Assembly: GCA_008636045.1 (NCBI GenBank)
Contig: SNRW01000003.1
Span: 1 to 56,927, forward strand
Source: Streblomastix strix
Taxonomy: Eukaryota
Reading direction: 5' to 3'
Length of the DNA stretch: 56,927 nt
Under the pieces are notes generated by a model. The model saw only the letters and a list, made by a program, of their open reading frames with translations, was not told the origin of the DNA and made no database searches. Of the stretch, positions 51,390-56,927 are shown piece after piece. Numbering within the stretch: the first letter of the stretch is position 1; each line of letters opens with the position of its first letter. The translations under genes were made by a program, and so were the position numbers.

Positions 51390-51518
51390 TTATGTTATTT
51401 TATTGTGAATGGTTCTACAAAATAATATTCATTTTCTGTTGAAAGAGCGGGAGTAATATCTCCTTCATCAACTGATGTATAATATTATTGTTCCAGTGGT
51501 TTATATTACCTTGATTGA
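51390..51518 (+). pseudogene. 3' remnant of the structural gene homologous to the end of 40800-42438
   Basis: VISPSSTDVQYYCSSGLYYLD* vs VIPESSTDIYKYYSNGMYYL*. Starts abruptly after the actact terminus. Confidence 0.55.
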
Positions 51519-51580
51519 TTATATAAGTTAAAAGCAAATATTATTTTTGTTTAATCGAAACAAGAAAAATAATCAAAATC

Positions 51581-51905
51581 ATGGTAGTTGGGATCTTCTC
51601 AAAACTCAAAGCACTTGCTCAAAAAATAGGTCACGGATTATCATGGATTAATGATCACGTGATAAAACCAATCGTACTTCCTGCAGAAAACTTGATTACA
51701 CCTACACTTGGACCAGTTGGAGGAATGATAACTAAAGGAATTAATTTAGGATTATCAGCAATTGATGTAATCGGAAGAAAAAGATCAAAAATAAAAGGTG
51801 AAAGATAACTTTACTGACTTTAAGAACGACACATATGTTAAGTAGAATTTACCAATTGAATCATTGAGTCGAAAAATAAAACTTATTGGCTAAGAATTTA
51901 AATGA
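51581..51905 (+). CDS. Amphipathic-helix virion-type protein, copy 2 (frameshift near 51790)
   Basis: MVVGIFSKLKALAQKIGHGLSWINDHVIKPIVLP... and ...NLPIESLSRKIKLIGQEFK* align with copy 1. Confidence 0.7.
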
Positions 51906-51993
51906 ACATCTAAGTATAAATAGTAATTGATAGATTACTTACATTTATATGATTTATAACGAAGTTACTATTTTTGTTCTTTCACAAATCAAG

Positions 51994-53700
51994 ATGAATC
52001 GTTTTCTAGCAAAAGCAATCTAAGTTCAAGGATTAAACACAATTGAAGCACAATTAGAGTCTAATGCCGTTGTCTCATTCAAAAATGACGGAGAAAATCA
52101 CTTTTCAATTAAAGAAATTAAGCCAGAATCATAGATGCCAACTTTATTTGATAAAAAAATTATTATTAGTCTATCTGACAGTGATCATGATGTAACCCAA
52201 ATATAAAATTCATTCTCATCTAGTGTGTTGATTGCTAATCTATAATTTGATAATAAGTTCGAATAATTTGATGACTCATACAAGGATGGAGTAATATTAT
52301 TTGTAGGATTGAAGTCAGGAAGCAATATCATTCGAGAATACACAGTATATCATCGTGGAAGAACTATTGATGGAAGCATATAAAATGATGCAACAACTGA
52401 GTCATTCATCTATAATACTATTAAGTCAAAGTCAGAGAAAAATAATAGAAAATATATACATTCATTGTATGAAAATATCCATAAATTCGATACTTCTACA
52501 TGTGGAACATATATTACAATGAGAAAGATTGATGAAGCAATTGGATAATAAACAAATGTTCCTTATTTGATGCCTGTTAGATTCAGAGTTTCAGTACCTT
52601 TAGATGATTTGTTGATATTCACAGCTTTCACTGATTATCCAAATGGAATGTTTGGAGATCTTAAGATTAAATTCAAGATCAATCCTAATGCATTTTTGTT
52701 TGCATAAGTTAATCCAACAGTATCATTAGCTAAATATTATACAATGAATAAAGATGAATTACTAAGTTCAGGTTTATAGAAGTTGATGGATATTGATCTC
52801 TTCTTCCGTAATTGGAGCTTAACATTCTAATATACGAAATAATTCACTTAGCTTGGATGTACTGCTGATTTGATAACTATTATAAGAACTGAATAATTTA
52901 TACAAAGTGGTTTGAAAAATTTGATTTGTGATATTGCACCAGTAACAGTTTCAATAAAAAATTACGTTGTAACTGAAGTAACTGCTAATATGGCTGGTTA
53001 TAAAGCAACTGAAGCATGTTTAGCAAAAGTAAGAGATTTCTCCAGTACCAGAGCATTTGTTGTTCCTGCTTAGAGAGTTGAAATATGGCCATTCCCAACA
53101 TCAGCATCACTTACAGGAATAAGAACTTCTTAAAATATTCCTCTATCTCATGTGACAGATTTTGTATTATTATTCTCTAAAGATGCAAGATGTACTACTT
53201 GCTTTGAGAATCCATGTTACTAAAATATGTAATTAACAACTTGTGGAAGAAACTTCCCAGATATGCCCATGAATACCACTGATTAATAATTCTTCCAGTT
53301 ATAGTTGAATGCAAGTAATTTGGATCTATTATTTGAAGCAACTGATGAATTTGAAGATGCATTAACAACTCCAAGAAATACTGCAACTAGAAGACTTATT
53401 GCACATATGGATTTAACTTCTTTCATGATTTCATTATAATGTGAAAGAAATAGTAATGGTAATCTAACTTTTGATGGATTAGACACTCAGAACTAAAATA
53501 CTTTTGTTGAACTTCGTGGTGCACCAATTTATCAAGGAGTAACTGATTGCTATTATAACGTTGATACTAATGGAAAAAGACCCCCTCCACCAATTCAATG
53601 TACAGTTCATGATACTTTCTGGTTATTTAGTCCAAATCAAGGAGGTTCATGTCACTACGATGCAACACATTCATTTGATGAAGTTATTACAAGTGTTTGA
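51994..53700 (+). CDS. Putative major capsid protein, copy 2, intact in code 6 (568 aa)
   Basis: Uninterrupted frame ATG 51994 to TGA 53698-53700, colinear with 38627-40348. TAA aligns with CAA/CAG at several positions. Confidence 0.75.
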
Positions 53701-53742
53701 AAACAAAATTATTTATAAATGAAATATAGTGTTATTTTTGCT

Positions 53743-54176
53743 ATGAATGAAACATGATTGTAGCGCCAAATAAAAAACATTTTATTATAACACGTGAGCA
53801 TACCTAAATCTAAGTTCGATCATTCAAAAGAATATTACTAACAGAATTTGTAAATTCATAGGATTAAAGAAGAATAACATTCGTCTAATGTACAATTCCA
53901 TGGAAGATTAAAAAATATTATCATGATTTGTACTTATATGATGATCCTGATACAACTCCAACTGAACAACGTAAAACTTCATTACATTCGACAATAGTAT
54001 AAGAAGAATAATATAATGACTATTATGTTGGAATGTGTGATTAATAAAGAACTTCAAAAGTCTTTCAGTAAATAAATCATGCACCATATATTTATTTCTT
54101 ATTTAAGGAATAAGATGGAAATTTACTGGATGTGGATCATATGGACTTTATATTAGAATTGGAGCTAGAATACTGA
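53743..54176 (+). CDS. Putative minor capsid protein, copy 2 (5' part disrupted)
   Basis: EFVNSQDQRRITFVQC...LHSTIVQEEQYND...FKEQDGNLLDVDHMDFILELELEY*. Confidence 0.55.
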
Positions 54177-54238
54177 TTATAAAATGATAACTAATTATTT
54201 TTCTTGTAATAAAACATTGCGACACATTGTGACTCAAG

Positions 54239-54636
54239 ATGAATCGAATTATCTTTGATAATCGTGCAGGTAGTCGCACTAGGACACCATTAAAGTCATC
54301 TGTTGAAATCATTCCAGAAATATAAATCTTGGAAAAATTTAATCCAGATCCCATAGTATTTGAGAATGTAATGGAATTCAAGTAATATCTAGCATTAAAC
54401 AAGGGAGAAATGGAAAAAATGTCAACATTGAAATTGAATATGTAATATAAAATTAAAGTAGGTTATAGAATTTCTAGATTTAAAGGATAAATTCTTTGCA
54501 TTTATGGCCTAAAGAATATAAATTAGAAAGATAATCAGAAACCATTGATTAGATGTAGAATCTTTATCAAAGACTAGAATCATTAATTGCTGCTTTATTA
54601 AGTAAAAATATAATAACAGATGAAGATTTGAATTGA
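54239..54636 (+). CDS. Conserved viral hypothetical protein, copy 2 (frameshift near the 3' end)
   Basis: Homologous to 36267-36680 and in the same position, convergent with the ATPase. Confidence 0.6.
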
Positions 54637-54650
54637 AAAATTAATATATA

Positions 54651-55427
54651 TCATTATATGACTGATATTGTAGTTCCATCTTCATTATATTTAACTAATA
54701 GAGCTTCTCTTTTAGCAAGTTATACATACTAACTCCAAAGTTCTTCTTTATCAATTGGAATTGATGACTAATAGAAGAATAAATTAAATTTCTATCTATT
54801 GAATGATCCAAAGAAATAAATAGAATCAACATTTGATTTAATTGCTGCATCTAATCCCATAATATCTTGCAAACAAAGGAAATAAGTAATTCTTGGTTAT
54901 CTATTCTTAAATAGCTTCTTGAAAAGAGGACTCATCTTATTTTTGAAAATGTACATTGCATCATCGAATAAAACAATAGTATGAGGAGATTTAATTTTGA
55001 AATCCGTAGCTCCAACAGCATCAAGAATTTCTTTTCGTGATGTTTCATCTAATTAATCAGTAAGATGTTATTCAATTACCTAATCATATGCTTATTTACA
55101 TTCTATTAGATCATCAAATGTAGCATCTGCTTATGAGTATGTTACTATTTTTGTAGGAATCTTAATCAAATTTTTCATTTTTTTGTATGTTTAATCATTA
55201 TTAGGGTCTGTAACATGGATAAATAAAGTAAAGCAATGATTTTTCAACAAACTTAATTTAATTATTTCTTTGAAGATGTTGTAAGTCTTTCCACTACTTC
55301 GTTATCATATGAGTAGATTTATAGAGTTATATGTAAAATTTATCTCAGGGTGAATAATGGACTATGTATCATGTCTATTTTCATTGATATTCTTTAAAAG
55401 TGAGGTAACATGCTTTGTTAATGACAT
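54651..55427 (-). pseudogene. A32-like packaging ATPase, copy 2, with a stop in Walker A
   Basis: LI*QRSSGKT (vs LIGQRGSGKS), IVLFDD, KNRQPRITYFLCLQD. 259 codons, colinear with 35492-36301. Confidence 0.88.
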
Positions 55428-55656
55428 TTCTACTTAAAATTCTTCGTAAGAGTTCTTTGCTATTACTTTAAAGATCTTATGAATGAAAAAATCACTTATA
55501 AATTCGTAGATAAATAATCTAATAAATCAAAAGATTTTTATTATTAATTTTATTTTTTTAAATTTTTTTCTAAAAATTTTTATTAAAATTTTTTCACTAA
55601 TGAACTTTTTCATTTGAAAATTCATTTTAATTTTCTTCGAAAAGCAGTCAAAAAAA

Positions 55657-56358
55657 ATGAAAAAATCAACTTTTACACTATCTCCTGCATAAATTTACGC
55701 TAATAATTTCATCAATAATATGTTTTAACGTGATGCAATCAATTGCACTCGTAAATATTATATGATTTCCCATGAAAAGTTAGATGAAATAAACTAACTA
55801 ATTAAGAAACAAATATAATGAATACAAGTATTAAAAACCTTAAATTTATTATTAAAAGAGCAATATATCTAGGAAATAGAGCAGAAGCTGATGATGATGA
55901 TGATTTATCAGATAAATATTATTAAATTTATTAAGATATTGATTTAAATATCAAACTTACTAAATTTATATTAAAAAATTTCTTGAAAATTAATTAAAAA
56001 GAATTAGAAGTAATAATTAACGGCAACAAAGACAAAGCATTGAATTAATTATTGGTTATTTATAATGTTCCTAATGATTTAAGTGAAGCATTAGGTGAAC
56101 AAGATGGATTTTACTATGATATCAACAAATCCATCTTAGTACCTAATGATTATGGTATTTCTAGTATAATTCCTAATAAAATCTAAGATGATACTATCAA
56201 TCCTAATACAAATGATTAACCAAGATACTTTTAACACTATCGATTAAATGATCCATTAGATGAACAAGATTTTGATTTTAATGATGATGAAATTGATTCA
56301 TAAGTTGATATTGATGATGAAGATTATACCGATTATGGTAATGATGGAGATGATTGAA
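55657..56358 (+). pseudogene. Hypothetical protein with acidic C-terminus, disrupted
   Basis: ATG 55657, internal TGA and frameshift, ends ...DYGNDGDD*. Confidence 0.45.
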
Positions 56359-56927
56359 TAAATTAAAAAATTTAATTAATATTTTTTTATTATTTTATTA
56401 TTTTTTATTATTTTATTTATTTTTTCAGGCATATTAATCACAATATTTTTAGTAAATCAACGAGCGATGAGCTAGAGGAGACATCAAAACTGAGCTCTAC
56501 CAATGCGAAATTAATAATATAGGAAGGGCGCCGATCGCCACTTTGATGAAATTTAGAAAAAAAATAAAAAAAATAGTGTTTGCAGAGCTGTCTTGCATGT
56601 TGAACTGTGTTTGCAGAGCAGTTTTGAGCTGGAAATTACAAAAAAGTTCTTGTTTTGTAAAGTTGAGTTGCAAACAGCCGTCTCTGCGCGTCATCATCAA
56701 ATCTGGGGGTATTTTAAATATGGTATTGATTTGACATATCGGTATTTTGAGTTGATTTTGTTGGCATTGTCAAAAATAAAAGTAAAATCTAAGTTTTTGT
56801 TATCAACAATTATCTTTTCTTTCATCATATGCACATTCTTACTCAAATTAATACAGTTATTCAGCCCAATATTCATCCCAATAAGCTTGATAATCAAATC
56901 TGCGCTCATAAGGAGTATATTATTTTG

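Larger units (their letters stand above)
21480..56400. mobile_element. Cluster of adjacent or nested, partly degraded Polinton/Maverick-like endogenous viral elements (>=3)
   Basis: Intron-less, gene-dense region with 2 pPolB, 2 A32-like ATPases, 2 capsid modules, primase-helicase, KilA-N and AGT-type termini. Scattered frameshifts and in-frame TGAs. Confidence 0.85.

Noticed and set aside
730..56909. Most ORFs of the supplied six-frame track as independent small genes
   Set aside because: They were computed with TAA/TAG as stops. They are fragments of longer code-6 genes or antisense/shadow frames.
56697..56927. Minus-strand 70-aa ORF at the window end
   Set aside because: No recognisable motif and possibly truncated by the window edge; cannot be supported.

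Overview
AT-rich eukaryotic DNA that uses genetic code 6 (TAA/TAG = Gln, TGA = only stop) with short GT-AG introns. This fits an oxymonad such as Streblomastix, though a ciliate is not excluded. The supplied standard-code ORF track is therefore mostly fragments. Bases 1-19.4 kb hold five spliced host genes: two coiled-coil/low-complexity proteins, a very large ARM-like protein with a CCHC knuckle, a BSD/SYAP1-like protein and a ~15-exon CxxC-repeat protein. From ~21.5 kb to the end is a cluster of at least three partly decayed, intron-less Polinton/Maverick-like endogenous viruses, also in code 6. Together they carry two protein-primed DNA polymerases with an internal HNH domain, two syntenic capsid modules (amphipathic protein, major capsid, minor capsid, packaging ATPase), a tail-fibre-like repeat protein, a free-standing HNH, a Fic protein, an AEP-primase/SF3-helicase and KilA-N. 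The most unusual feature is a ~1.5 kb cassette found in only one of the two capsid modules. It holds an array of four different palindromes spaced ~65-69 bp apart (two linkers are copies of one ~40 bp repeat), upstream of a KilA-N gene that has a fifth palindrome of the same style in its own coding region. All calls come from manual translation and motif recognition; no searches were run, and coordinates of decayed ORFs are approximate.
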